Assembly (NCBI GenBank): GCA_965219385.1
Contig: CBDCNM010000001.1
Span: 298,631-362,630, forward strand
From: Candidatus Latescibacterota bacterium
GTDB lineage: Bacteria; Latescibacterota; UBA2968; UBA8231
Direction of reading: 5' to 3'
Length of the DNA: 64,000 nt
Each line of letters begins with the position of its first letter. Within the stretch, counting starts at the first letter, position 1. Below are positions 1-10,063 of the stretch, one piece after another. The notes beneath the pieces were generated by a model. It worked only from the letters and a program-made list of their open reading frames with translations, had not been told where the DNA came from and did not search any database. Both the position numbers and the translations under genes were made by a program.

Positions 1-1977
1 GCCGTCGGCGTCGACCGCACCGGCTGGGCGCAGGCGCAGAGCAATGCCGAAGGCCGCGTGATGATCGAGTCCCCGGAGTATCCCCGCGGCCTGTGGCTGG
101 ACCTCGTGGATGAAGCGGGGGATGCCCTCGCCGGCGTCCAGGTCAACTACCAGGGCCGGCCCGACAGCCTGGTGGCCCTGCGTTGCGTCAATCCGGCCGG
201 TCTGCGGCGGGAGACCCTACTCTGGACCCGGCCCTCGGGCGACCCCCTGCGCCTGACGCTGAGGCCCAGGGAACCCGCCGACCTGCCGGCGGGGCTGGTC
301 CCCATTGACTGGCAGATTGACCCGGCCGCTGGAGTGCTGCTGGAGCCGGTGGAGGAAACCCGGCTGAGCGGTTGGGAGGCGGTGGCGGCCTTTATGCAGG
401 AGCGCTGGCAGGGGCGGACCGGTCGAGTGGCGGTGCAGATCGATTCCAGTACCGCTGTGGCGGTTGATCTGGACCACCCGGAGCCTGTAGAGATGCTAGT
501 CGATTACCTCCAAGACCAAGCGAGGACCTCACTGGGAGGAATCAACGCTTCTACAGATATCCACGCTTCCACAGTACAGGTACTCCTGAATGCACAGGCA
601 TTCAAGAGCGACCTTGCTTTACTGGAAGGCGTGACGATCCTCTCCACTTCTTTCATCTTGTTGTTCGAGGACTCGAAGCTGGAGAAGAGGGTATTGAGGG
701 CTTTGAGCCGACGGGAGGGCCCTATCACCGTGCAGGAAGCCGTTTCCCTGGCCTATCTCAAGGCCATTAGTAGTGACATTCATAGTTTGGTGGGCCTCGA
801 ACACTTTATGGCCCTGGAACGGCTGGATCTGTGGGACAACCAGCTTGCCGATCTAACCCCGCTGGCTCACCTGACCAACTTGGAATGGCTGATTCTGTTC
901 AACAACCAGCTTGCCGATCTAACCCCGCTGGCTCACCTGACCAACCTGAAAGAGCTGATTCTGGGCAACAACCAGATTGCCGACGTGGGTCCCCTGGCCC
1001 CCCTGACCAACTTGGAATGGCTGGCTCTGTACAACAACCAGATTGCCGATCTAACCCCGCTGGCTCACCTGACCAACCTGAAATCGCTGATTCTGGGCAA
1101 CAACCAGATTGCCGACGTGGGTCCCCTGGCCCCCCTGACCAACCTGCAACGGCTGGCTCTGTACAACAACCAGATTGCCGATCTAACCCCGCTGGCTCAC
1201 CTGACCAACCTGAAATCGCTGGATCTGTGGGACAACCAGCTTGCCGATCTAACCCCGCTGGCTCACCTGACCAACCTGCAACGGCTGGAGCTGAATTACA
1301 ACCAGATTGCCGATCTAACCCCGCTGGCTCACCTGACCAACCTGAAATCGCTGATTCTGGGCAACAACCAGCTTGCCGATCTAACCCCGCTGGCTCACCT
1401 GACCAACCTGCAACGGCTGGAGCTGAATTACAACCAGATTGCCGATCTAACCCCGCTGGCTCACCTGACCAACCTGAAATCGCTGATTCTGGGCAACAAC
1501 CAGATTGCCGACGTGGGTCCCCTGGCCCCCCTGACCAACCTGCAACGGCTGGCTCTGTACAACAACCAGATTGCCGATCTAACCCCGCTGGCTCACCTGA
1601 CCAACTTGAAATCGCTGTATCTGGACAACAACCAGATTGCCGACGTGGGTCCCCTGGCCCCCCTGACCAACCTGCAACGGCTGGCTCTGGACAACAACCA
1701 GATTGCCGACGTGGGTCCCCTGGCCCCCCTGACCAACCTGCAACGGCTGGATCTGGACAACAACCAGATTGAGGATTTGAGTCCCCTGGCCCCCCTGACC
1801 AACCTGGGAGAGCTGTACTTGGAGGGCAACCACATTGAGGATTTGAGTCCCCTAATCGCCAACACCGGCCTCGGTGAGGGCGATTATGTATCCTTGAGCA
1901 GCAACCCCCTCAGCGACCAGGCCCTCAACGAACAGATCCCCGCCCTCGAAGCAAGGGGCGTCAAAGTGTACTACTAA
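1..1977 (+). CDS. Internalin-like leucine-rich repeat protein (5' end probably outside the window)
   Basis: Frame is open from base 1; 16 tandem 22-aa LxxLxLxxNQI/LxDL/VxPLxxLTN repeats and a C-terminal cap (LSSNPLS...IPALEARGVKVYY). Confidence 0.9.
   Translation, partial: AVGVDRTGWAQAQSNAEGRVMIESPEYPRGLWLDLVDEAGDALAGVQVNYQGRPDSLVALRCVNPAGLRRETLLWTRPSGDPLRLTLRPREPADLPAGLVPIDWQIDPAAGVLLEPVEETRLSGWEAVAAFMQERWQGRTGRVAVQIDSSTAVAVDLDHPEPVEMLVDYLQDQARTSLGGINASTDIHASTVQVLLNAQAFKSDLALLEGVTILSTSFILLFEDSKLEKRVLRALSRREGPITVQEAVSLAYLKAISSDIHSLVGLEHFMALERLDLWDNQLADLTPLAHLTNLEWLILFNNQLADLTPLAHLTNLKELILGNNQIADVGPLAPLTNLEWLALYNNQIADLTPLAHLTNLKSLILGNNQIADVGPLAPLTNLQRLALYNNQIADLTPLAHLTNLKSLDLWDNQLADLTPLAHLTNLQRLELNYNQIADLTPLAHLTNLKSLILGNNQLADLTPLAHLTNLQRLELNYNQIADLTPLAHLTNLKSLILGNNQIADVGPLAPLTNLQRLALYNNQIADLTPLAHLTNLKSLYLDNNQIADVGPLAPLTNLQRLALDNNQIADVGPLAPLTNLQRLDLDNNQIEDLSPLAPLTNLGELYLEGNHIEDLSPLIANTGLGEGDYVSLSSNPLSDQALNEQIPALEARGVKVYY
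814..1869 (+). repeat. Tandem 66-bp coding repeats (16 LRR units), near-identical at DNA level
   Basis: Recurring aacaaccagattgccgatctaaccccgctggctcacctgaccaacctg and ...gacgtgggtcccctggcccccctgaccaacctg units with a 66-bp period. Confidence 0.92.
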
Positions 1978-2024
1978 ACCCGACACCGCCCTCCTCCGTC
2001 CCTCTTCAGCGAAAGGACCTCACC

Positions 2025-4313
2025 ATGAAAGCCCAACTCACCCTCCTCCTCGCCCTGCTGGCCCCCCTCCCCGCCCTCGGCATCGGCTACGTCTACACCG
2101 GCGTGGGCGACGACGGCCGCCAACATCTCGAACTGACCTCGGTCACCGTCGAGGTGCAGATCAACGAGCGCGTCGCCCGCACCCGCACCGACCAGGTCTT
2201 CACCAACCGCGCCGACCGGGAGGTGGAGGGGATCTACGAATTCACCCTGCCCGCCGGCGCCATTATCACCGATCTGGTACTGTGGATCGGCGACAAGCGG
2301 GTGCAGGGGATCATCATGGAAAAGGAGGAGGCGCGCCGGACCTACGACGCTATCGTGCGCCGCCGCATCGACCCGGCCCTGCTCGAGCAGGTGACCCCCA
2401 ACCAATTTCGCCTGAGCATCTTCCCCTTCCCGGCCCAGGGCAGCCGCCGCGTCGAATTCGAGTACATGCAGCTCCTCGAAGCCCGCCACGGCCGCCTCGG
2501 CTACACCTTCCCGCTGGCACCCGAGACCGACCAACCCCTGCAAATGGAGCTGTTCGTGCTGCGGGCCCAGGTGCACAGCCAGCACCCCTTCGAGGCCACT
2601 ACCTCGGGTCTGCCCCGGCTCACCGAGGTGGCCCGGCCCGACCAGCACACCGCCAACATCTTCTTCGGCGACGAGCAGGTGACGCCCCGGGAGGACTTCA
2701 CTCTGGCCATCCGCCAGACCGACGACCAGCCCAAGCCGACCGTGCTCAGCTTTGCGCCGCAAGGGAACGAAGCCATGGGCTACTACGCCCTGTGGCTGCC
2801 GCCTCTGTCCGAGTTGACCCAAGGCGATCCCCTGCCGCGCAGCCTGACCTTTGTCATCGATATTTCGTCGAGCATGCAGCAGGGCAAGCTCCAGGCCGTC
2901 AAAGGGGCCCTCGCCGCGGCGATTGACGGGCTGGAAGAAGCGGATTTGTTCAACATCGTCGTCTTCACCCACCGGGCCGACGCCTTCGCCGATGCACCGG
3001 TGCCGGCCGACCCGTCCAACAAGGAGGCGGCCATTGCCTTTGTCAACCGGCAGGACGCCCTCGGGGTGAGCAATTTTGAAGCGGGCTTGGCCCGCGCCAT
3101 GCAGCAGGATTTTCCCCCAGGCCGGGTCAACCACGTCATCTTCCTCACCGATGGCCTGCCCACTGTCGGCGAGCTCGAGCTGGGTCCTTTGAGCGAGATG
3201 GTGGGCCAGTGGTCCGCCGGCCAGGCCCGCCTCTTCACCATCGGCGTGGGGCGGGACGTGGACCAGGGTTTTCTGGCCGGCCTGGCCGAGGAGCACCAGG
3301 GCGAGGCCTACTTCCTCTCGGAAGAAGGGGATATCGAGGCGGCGCTCCGGGACCTGTTCCAGGCCTTCACCTTTCCCGTCCTGCTGCTCGACGAGCTGAG
3401 CTTCGACCACGTGGAGATCCACGACGTCCACCCGCGCGGGGTGGAGGTCCTGGCCGCCGGCCGGGAACTGTTCCAGGTGGGCCGCTACCGGGCCGGCGGA
3501 ACCTTCACGCTGAGCATAACCGGCCATGTGGGGGAGGAGAGCATGACCCTCGACTTCCCGCTGGAGTTCACCCAGACCGATGTCTCGGGCGAATTGATTC
3601 CCCGGCTGTGGGCCCACCAGAAGGTGCAGGCCCTCGAAGAACAGATCGCCCGCTTTGGCTCGCAGCAGGAACTGCTCGACGACATCCTGACGCTGGGCCT
3701 GGACTACCGGCTGGTGACCCGGCGCACCTCGCTGTTCGCCCCGGACGAGGGCGTGGAGATCAATCCCGAACCGCGTGATAGAGACGACGGGGGAGCGCCC
3801 ACGGCGGTGAACGACACCCGCCAGACGGCCCACTGGCTGGGCCGCGACTTCGTCCTGCAGGACGACGTGTGGATCAATCTGGCCTACCGGCCGGGCATGC
3901 CCCGGGAGCTCTACGAAGGCCGAGCCGATCAACCCGCGGAGTTGGCCGCTTTTGCCGAATTGGGCCAGGCCATGCTGGTGGTGGTGCAAGAGCGGGCCTA
4001 CGAGATCCGTCCGGGAGAGCGACCCGGCCGGCCGGTGCTGCTGCAGAACGCACCCAATCCTTTCAACGCCTCCACCGTGATTCCCTTCCAGGTGCCGGTC
4101 GCCCTGGCGGGCGAGGAGATCCGCCTGAGCATCTACAATTTGGCCGGCCAGCTCGTGCGCGTACTGCGGCCCGAGACGCAGCAGGCCGGCGAGCATCGCC
4201 TGACCTGGGATGGGCGCGATCAGCAGGGCCGGGCGGTGGCCAGCGGGGTGTACGTATACCGGCTGGAGGTCGGCGCATGGGCTGTGTACCGACGCATGCT
4301 GCTGTTGCGCTGA
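2025..4313 (+). CDS. Secreted VIT + vWA domain protein with C-terminal FlgD Ig-like domain
   Basis: Signal peptide; VIT-like region (ARTRTDQVFTN...EGIYEFTLP); MIDAS DISSSM and IFLTDG; tail LLQNAPNPFNASTVIPF...WDGRDQQGRAVASGVYVYRL. Confidence 0.85.
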   Translation: MKAQLTLLLALLAPLPALGIGYVYTGVGDDGRQHLELTSVTVEVQINERVARTRTDQVFTNRADREVEGIYEFTLPAGAIITDLVLWIGDKRVQGIIMEKEEARRTYDAIVRRRIDPALLEQVTPNQFRLSIFPFPAQGSRRVEFEYMQLLEARHGRLGYTFPLAPETDQPLQMELFVLRAQVHSQHPFEATTSGLPRLTEVARPDQHTANIFFGDEQVTPREDFTLAIRQTDDQPKPTVLSFAPQGNEAMGYYALWLPPLSELTQGDPLPRSLTFVIDISSSMQQGKLQAVKGALAAAIDGLEEADLFNIVVFTHRADAFADAPVPADPSNKEAAIAFVNRQDALGVSNFEAGLARAMQQDFPPGRVNHVIFLTDGLPTVGELELGPLSEMVGQWSAGQARLFTIGVGRDVDQGFLAGLAEEHQGEAYFLSEEGDIEAALRDLFQAFTFPVLLLDELSFDHVEIHDVHPRGVEVLAAGRELFQVGRYRAGGTFTLSITGHVGEESMTLDFPLEFTQTDVSGELIPRLWAHQKVQALEEQIARFGSQQELLDDILTLGLDYRLVTRRTSLFAPDEGVEINPEPRDRDDGGAPTAVNDTRQTAHWLGRDFVLQDDVWINLAYRPGMPRELYEGRADQPAELAAFAELGQAMLVVVQERAYEIRPGERPGRPVLLQNAPNPFNASTVIPFQVPVALAGEEIRLSIYNLAGQLVRVLRPETQQAGEHRLTWDGRDQQGRAVASGVYVYRLEVGAWAVYRRMLLLR

Positions 4314-4411
4314 AGGCCGTCCGGGAACCAGCCCTGGGGGATGGATCCGGCGCCCGATGTCTCGCCGGCATCGGGCGCTTTGCCGGGTCCTCCCCTTTGA
4401 ATCATCGGAGT

Positions 4412-4789
4412 TCAGGCGTTGATACAGGGGATGCCGTACTGTTGGAGGCGAGCATCCCGCGTCACCAGAGTCAAGCCCTCCAATTGCGCTTGCGCCACCT
4501 GGATGCGGTCGAAGGGATCCTGGTGGACGGGCGGCAGGGCAGCCACGGCCAAGGCATGCGGCACGGCAATGGACAGGGGTTGAAAGCGCTCTTCTTCCAT
4601 GACCGCTTCCAGATCGTCGGGAGCCCGGAGTTTGCCCAGGGCCTTTTTGATGGCTATTTCCCAGACCGCCGCCGCACTGACGAAGACCGCATTGCCATCC
4701 CGGGCAATGGCCGTCCGGGCCGGAGGAGTGAGGCGACCGGGATCGTCCAGCCACCACAGCAGCACGTGGGTATCCAGCAGCAGTTTCAC
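4412..4789 (-). CDS. vapC: PIN-domain VapC toxin
   Basis: MKLLLDTHVLLWW...SAAAVWEIAIK...HQDPFDRIQVAQA...LVTRD PIN motifs; overlaps the antitoxin. Confidence 0.9.
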   Translation of the reverse strand: MKLLLDTHVLLWWLDDPGRLTPPARTAIARDGNAVFVSAAAVWEIAIKKALGKLRAPDDLEAVMEEERFQPLSIAVPHALAVAALPPVHQDPFDRIQVAQAQLEGLTLVTRDARLQQYGIPCINA

Positions 4790-5025
4790 GGCTTTTCGCC
4801 CTTAAAGGCTGCTTCCAATTCCTCGGGCAACGCGTCGAAGTCCTCGGCCATTTCGACCCGGCCACGCCACTGTCCGCCCTTGCGAGGCCGGTAAGGCTGT
4901 TCGTAGGGAACCAGTCTGGCCACCGGCTTACCTGCCCGTCCGATGACGATCTCTTCCCCCTGCAACACGCGTGCGATCAACCGCGAAAGCTGACTTTTGG
5001 CCTGGTGGATATTGGTGATCTGCAT
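4786..5025 (-). CDS. Phd/YefM-family antitoxin
   Basis: NIHQAKSQLSRLI...GEEIVIGRAGKPVARLVP; 79 aa directly upstream of vapC. Confidence 0.88.
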   Translation of the reverse strand: MQITNIHQAKSQLSRLIARVLQGEEIVIGRAGKPVARLVPYEQPYRPRKGGQWRGRVEMAEDFDALPEELEAAFKGEKP

Positions 5026-5043
5026 AGCTTTAACTCCTTTTGT

Positions 5044-5081
5044 GACTTAGCTAAACTTAGTCTATTTTTCTGTCGGGTCAA
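5044..5081 (-). promoter_or_regulatory. Putative TA operon promoter with overlapping imperfect inverted-repeat operator
   Basis: Minus strand TTGACC-N16-TAAGTT; imperfect palindrome gactaagtttagctaagtc over the -10. Confidence 0.5.
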
Positions 5082-5134
5082 GCAGGGGCGATTTATTCTT
5101 GATTTACAAGGATAAAATCGGACTGGAATCGGTC

Positions 5135-6121
5135 TTAGTTTGCTTGAGCCCAATCGAAGACTACGGCCAATCGGTCTGTTTTTTTGTGGAGCAGGTCCTG
5201 GTACGCCTGCTGAGCGTTCCCAGGCGAGTACTTCGAGTAGATTGAATCCACCCGGACTCGCCCCTCACAAAGCCAGTTCAGAGCACCTGAGAGATTCTCA
5301 AAAATGCTGCCGTTGCGGAACCCGGTTGTGTGGTGCGGAAGCTCCCATTCCCAGCCGCTGCGAATTACAACGTAGTTGAGGAAGATGGCGCGGTGCAGGT
5401 CGTGCATCGGCAAATCGGTGAACTGCCTCCACGGCGTGGCAATGCAGACGACTTCGCCGCGCTTGCGAACCACCTTTGCGGCATCGAGCAGGGCCTGTTC
5501 GTGGCCCGAACATTCAAGTGCCAGAGCGAAGCTTCCGGACAGGTTTTCGTCGCCAAGCGGCACGGCCGAGAAGACGTTTTTAAGGCCCGCCCGGGTCGCC
5601 ATCTCACGGCGCGATTCGACGGGATCGCTCGCGAAGACTTCGTAGCCGCAGCCGGCAAAATTCTGGGCAGCCAGATGCCCTACCAATCCCAGACCGCAGA
5701 TGAGGACTCTCCCGGGCGGTCTGGCGGTTGTCGTGTTCAGCGTGGTCATGCTGACGCCCATCAGGCGCGCAAAGGTGGCCACTTCAGCGGGAAGACCCGC
5801 CGGGACAGAGAGCGCCTGGTCCTGATTCACCTTGTGGTAGGAGCGATGTCCACCCATGCAGAACACCACATCGCCCGGCCGGAATCGTTCGACCCTCTCC
5901 CCGGCTTCCTCCACCTCCACTACCGCTGCGTAGCCGGGTGTTGTGGGATGCCCTTTTTCAGCAAGGTAAGAGGAGTTTAGTTCGGTGCCGGCGCTGACGA
6001 GTGTGGCCAGAGTGCGGCCGGCGATTTCATCGGGGCCGACTTGGGTGCTCTCTTCGAAGGGCAGCAACTCTGCCTTTTCTTTGTGCGTGATGGTGATGGC
6101 GTACTCGGTTCGTCTATTCAT
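5135..6121 (-). CDS. MDR-family (zinc-type) alcohol dehydrogenase-like oxidoreductase
   Basis: TLVSAGTE, PGYAAV, GLGLVG Rossmann motif, ALECSG. Confidence 0.8.
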   Translation of the reverse strand: MNRRTEYAITITHKEKAELLPFEESTQVGPDEIAGRTLATLVSAGTELNSSYLAEKGHPTTPGYAAVVEVEEAGERVERFRPGDVVFCMGGHRSYHKVNQDQALSVPAGLPAEVATFARLMGVSMTTLNTTTARPPGRVLICGLGLVGHLAAQNFAGCGYEVFASDPVESRREMATRAGLKNVFSAVPLGDENLSGSFALALECSGHEQALLDAAKVVRKRGEVVCIATPWRQFTDLPMHDLHRAIFLNYVVIRSGWEWELPHHTTGFRNGSIFENLSGALNWLCEGRVRVDSIYSKYSPGNAQQAYQDLLHKKTDRLAVVFDWAQAN

Positions 6122-6240
6122 GGTGGGCTACGGCTTGTTAGGGTGGCTGGTTCAATACTACAGAGGCCGGTAGTCTGCGCCGTTGTCGCCTTGTTCCTGC
6201 GCGAACCGCCCCAAAGGCGGAGGAACAGCTCATGATCTCT

Positions 6241-6723
6241 TTACGGCAGGATAGCGACCATCAGAATTTGGTCTACCAAACGCCCCTCTGGGTCATTTAT
6301 AAAGATCGCACTATCGAGTACAAATAGCGCGGGCGGGATTCCGCCCGTGGATACAATGCCTGCTGCGAAGAGATCAAAAGCAAGATAAGAAGGTACGGGT
6401 TCTCCTGTTTCTGCATTTACGACTGCTGGCCAAACGACGTATACTTGAATAACCTTGACAGGGGTTATACGGGAATCAGAAAGGCTGATACTCCCGTTGT
6501 TGTACGAGGACCTGGTGATTTCAAAAGGAATCAGTACGAACTCATCCACAACACCGGGTGCCCCTTGCTCTCCTCGCGCGCCTCGCGCTCCAGGTGCTCC
6601 AGGTAGTCCCTGAACGCCTCGCTCTCCTTGCTCTCCTTTTTCCCCAGGGGGTCCCATCGGTCCCTCTGATCCCTGGCAGGCAGCCAGTCCAAGGGCCAGT
6701 AATGCGGACAGAAAGAGTCTCAT
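6241..6723 (-). CDS. Collagen-like lipoprotein
   Basis: RBS AGGAGG before ATG at 6723; lipobox-like LAAC followed by about 14 Gly-X-Y triplets. Confidence 0.72.
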   Translation of the reverse strand: MRLFLSALLALGLAACQGSEGPMGPPGEKGEQGERGVQGLPGAPGARGARGEQGAPGVVDEFVLIPFEITRSSYNNGSISLSDSRITPVKVIQVYVVWPAVVNAETGEPVPSYLAFDLFAAGIVSTGGIPPALFVLDSAIFINDPEGRLVDQILMVAILP

Positions 6724-6890
6724 GCTAGTCCTCCTTTTTGAGGGGTAATATCGGACTCTTGTGCCTCCTGGCGCAAGGGGAGCATCGAGCCTTCCTGTAA
6801 GGCTTTGGAGGAAAGGCTTCTTAAGCCGCGCCACGGCCTCGCTCCTTTTCAGCACCTCGAGGCGGGAATTACGAGCATGTCAGTTTTCCC

Positions 6891-6930
6891 TTGACGACAC
6901 TTTTACCCCATGTTAACTTAATTCTATAAT
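6891..6930 (+). promoter_or_regulatory. Putative sigma70 promoter of the T-box-leuS transcript
   Basis: TTGACG (6891)-N17-TAACTT with a TG extension; a further TATAAT at 6925. Confidence 0.55.
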
Positions 6931-6940
6931 ATGCGAACAT

Positions 6941-7196
6941 GCGTTGAAGGGGAGTAGTAGCGGGCCAATCGGCCATAGAGAGCCGGGGACGGTGGAAGCC
7001 CGGCGCAAAGAAGCCCGCGAACTCGCCCTGGAGCATCCGGCCTGAAGTAGCGTTCAGCTATCTAGGGCTGGACGGGTAAGCTCCGTTATGGCTTCCGAGT
7101 GTCCTGACTGTCTGCGCGGTCGGGGAACAAGGGTGGTACCGCGGGTATCTTTCGAGATTGAGATGTCCCGTCCCTTAGCTGGGGCGGGATTTTTTG
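6941..7196 (+). ncRNA. T-box riboswitch (Leu specifier CUC) with intrinsic terminator
   Basis: Stem I motifs AGTA, AGAGA, GGTGGAA; GAA-CTC specifier at 7019-7024; T-box AAGGGTGGTACCGCG at 7129-7143; hairpin gtcccgtccc/ggggcgggat plus T-run; directly upstream of leuS. Confidence 0.9.
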
Positions 7197-7238
7197 TTTG
7201 GCGCAATTAACTCCAGCCCGACGACCGGGGGGAAACAC

Positions 7239-9713
7239 ATGGCAGCCGTCAGAACGACAGAGCAGCGGTTCGACCACAAGGCAATTGAGGTCAAGTGGCA
7301 GAAGCGCTGGGCCGACGACGGAATCAACAAGGTGCGCGACGACGACCCCAGGCCCAGTTGGTACGAGCTTACCATGTACCCGTACCCCTCTGGCGACCTG
7401 CACATCGGCCACTGGTTCGCCATGTCCCCCCCGGACGCCCACGCCAGGTTTCGCCGGATGCAGGGCTACAACGTGTTGCATCCCATGGGATTCGACGCCT
7501 TTGGCCTGCCCGCCGAGAACGCCGCCATTCGCAACGGCATCCATCCCTACAAGTGGACGATGGAGAACATGGCAAACATGCGCCGCCAGCTCCGCAGCAT
7601 GGGGGTCATCTACGACTGGGACCGGGAGATTGTCACCTGCGACCCGGAATACTACAAGTGGAACCAGTGGTTCTTCCTGCAATTCTACAAGTCCGGGTTG
7701 GCCTACCGCGCCTTTGCTCCGGCCAACTGGTGCCCTTCGTGCAATACCACCCTGGCCAACGAGCAGGTGCTGGCCGATGGCACCTGTGAGCGCTGCGAAG
7801 CCCCAGTCACCCACCAAGACCTCAACCAGTGGTTCTTCCGCATTACCCAGTACGCCGAGGAACTGCTGGACCACTCCAAGAAGGAGTGGCCTGAGGATAT
7901 AGACATCATGCAGACCAACTGGATCGGGCGCAGCGAGGGTGTGGAGGTCCGGTTCGACATCTCCGAATACGACCTGGAAGAGAGTTCAATCACGACCTAC
8001 ACCACGCGCATAGACACCATCTATGGCGTAACCTTCGTCGTACTGGCGCCGGAGCATCCCCTGGTGGACAAGCTGACCACCCCGGAGCACAGGGCAGAGG
8101 TGGAGGCATACCTCGGTCAGGCGCGGCTACAGAGCGAGATAGAGCGCCTCTCCACTGAGAAGGAGAAGACCGGGGTTTTCACCGGCTCGTACTGCGTTAA
8201 CTACCTGAACGGCGAGCGCGTGCCCATCCTGGTCGGCGACTACGTGCTGCTGACCTACGGCACGGGCATTGTCATGGGCGTTCCGGCCCACGACCAGCGC
8301 GACTTGGTGTTCGCCAAGAAGTACGGCCTGCCCATAAGGGTCGTCGTCGCACCCCCCGGCTGGGATGGCGAGGAGTTGGAAGAGGCGTACATTGATGAGG
8401 GCACGCAGGTAAACTCCGCTCAGTTTGATGGCATGAGCAGCAGCGAAGGCTGGCAGCGCATAGCCGACCACCTCGAAGGAAACGGCTGGGGAAGCCGCAC
8501 GGTGCAGTATCGCATGCGCGACTGGCTCATCTCCCGCCAGCGCTATTGGGGCACGCCCATACCCATCATCTACTGCGACGAGTGCGGCGCCGTCCCCGTG
8601 CCGGATGAAGACCTGCCCGTGCTGCTGCCCGAGGACGCCGAGTTCCGGCCCACGGGCGAGTCGCCACTGGCCCTGAACGATGGCTTTCTGAACGCAACCT
8701 GTCCCGACTGCGGGACGCTTGGCCAGCGCGAGACCGACACCATGGACACCTTCGTGGACTCGTCGTGGTACTTCCTGCGCTTCGCCAGCGCCCATTACGG
8801 CGACGGCGCTTTTGACCCCGAGGCTGTCAAGAACTGGAACCCCGTCGACCAGTACACCGGCGGCAGAGAGCACGCGGTCATGCACCTGTTGTACGCGCGT
8901 TTCTTCGTCAAGGCGCTGCGCGACCTGGGGCTGGTGGACTTTGACGAACCGTTCGTGAGGCTGTTCAACCAGGGCGTCATCCTGGGCGCGGACCACGAAA
9001 AGATGAGCAAGTCCCGGGGCAACGTCATCGCGCCGGACGAGTACGTCGACGCCTTTGGTGCCGACGTGGTGCGCTGCTCCCTGATGTTCCTGGGACCTTG
9101 GGACCAGGGCGGAAGCTGGAGCGACGCCGGTATCAACGGCATGGCCCGCTGGATGAATCGCGTTTGGGATATTTCCACCCGCGACTCCCGCCAACTGGAC
9201 GACTTCCCCGGGGACGACGGCGCCGTTCGGGACTTTCAGCGCCTGATCCACAAGACCATCCGGCGCGTGGGCGAGGATCTGGAGAGGTTCAAATTCAACA
9301 CGGCCATGGCGTGCTTGATGGAGTACACCAACGGCCTGAACCAGCACTGGGAGCGCAAGGGCATACGCTCTGAGGATTGGAATGAGGCCATAGAGAAGCT
9401 GCTGGTGCTGATGTCTCCCCTAGCCCCGCACGTATCCGAGGAACTGTGGGAGCGCACCGGCCACGCCACCAGCGTACACAGCATGTCATGGCCCGAATGG
9501 AATGAGGAGTTGGCCGCCGGCGAAGTGTTCACGCTGGTGGTTCAGGTGAACGGCCGAGTGCGGGACAAGATTGAAGTTCCCGTATCCATATCAGAGGACG
9601 CCGCCGGAGAGACCGCACTGAACAGCCAGCGCGTCGCGCCTCACATCGAAGGCAAGAAGGTTGCGAAGGTGATATACGTTCCGGGCAAGCTGGTGAATGT
9701 CGTGGCGAGGTAG
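7239..9713 (+). CDS. leuS: Leucine--tRNA ligase
   Basis: MYPYPSGDLHIGH and KMSKS motifs, editing-domain motif GTGIVMGVPAHDQRD, C-terminal VQVNGRVR; ATG at 7239 after the T-box. Confidence 0.97.
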   Translation: MAAVRTTEQRFDHKAIEVKWQKRWADDGINKVRDDDPRPSWYELTMYPYPSGDLHIGHWFAMSPPDAHARFRRMQGYNVLHPMGFDAFGLPAENAAIRNGIHPYKWTMENMANMRRQLRSMGVIYDWDREIVTCDPEYYKWNQWFFLQFYKSGLAYRAFAPANWCPSCNTTLANEQVLADGTCERCEAPVTHQDLNQWFFRITQYAEELLDHSKKEWPEDIDIMQTNWIGRSEGVEVRFDISEYDLEESSITTYTTRIDTIYGVTFVVLAPEHPLVDKLTTPEHRAEVEAYLGQARLQSEIERLSTEKEKTGVFTGSYCVNYLNGERVPILVGDYVLLTYGTGIVMGVPAHDQRDLVFAKKYGLPIRVVVAPPGWDGEELEEAYIDEGTQVNSAQFDGMSSSEGWQRIADHLEGNGWGSRTVQYRMRDWLISRQRYWGTPIPIIYCDECGAVPVPDEDLPVLLPEDAEFRPTGESPLALNDGFLNATCPDCGTLGQRETDTMDTFVDSSWYFLRFASAHYGDGAFDPEAVKNWNPVDQYTGGREHAVMHLLYARFFVKALRDLGLVDFDEPFVRLFNQGVILGADHEKMSKSRGNVIAPDEYVDAFGADVVRCSLMFLGPWDQGGSWSDAGINGMARWMNRVWDISTRDSRQLDDFPGDDGAVRDFQRLIHKTIRRVGEDLERFKFNTAMACLMEYTNGLNQHWERKGIRSEDWNEAIEKLLVLMSPLAPHVSEELWERTGHATSVHSMSWPEWNEELAAGEVFTLVVQVNGRVRDKIEVPVSISEDAAGETALNSQRVAPHIEGKKVAKVIYVPGKLVNVVAR

Positions 9714-10063
9714 CCGAGGATCGCTGTGAAGACTGCGGTGAGTCGTGCCAGCGGCGCTCCTTCCGTCCCAGTTGCACGGGGCGGCGCCTTCGAGGACAGT
9801 GCGGGCACGGCCATGGGCTCCCCGGGCCTGCGGCAATTCCTACAGGTGCAGATGGAGTTCGTGCCCACGCCGTTGCAGGGAGCCGCTTTCGACTTCCTGG
9901 AGTTCTGGGGGTCTCAGCCAAGAGTCGGTCGAATTCGCCGTGGAGGCGCTGGAGGCAGCGCGGGTGCAGCGACCCCGGGCCGGGGGGCCATGGCAAGGCG
10001 TCGCGCGCAGCAGCCGGCGGCGATCTGCCGTTCGCGGCGATCAATCACTACGAAGGAGAATCG

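Noticed and set aside
1974..4865. 963-aa minus-strand ORF and similar long antisense or alternate-frame ORFs (831-1772, 11570-13195, 41146-43734, 48348-50453)
   Set aside because: Shadows of well-supported genes in GC-rich DNA; no recognisable motifs
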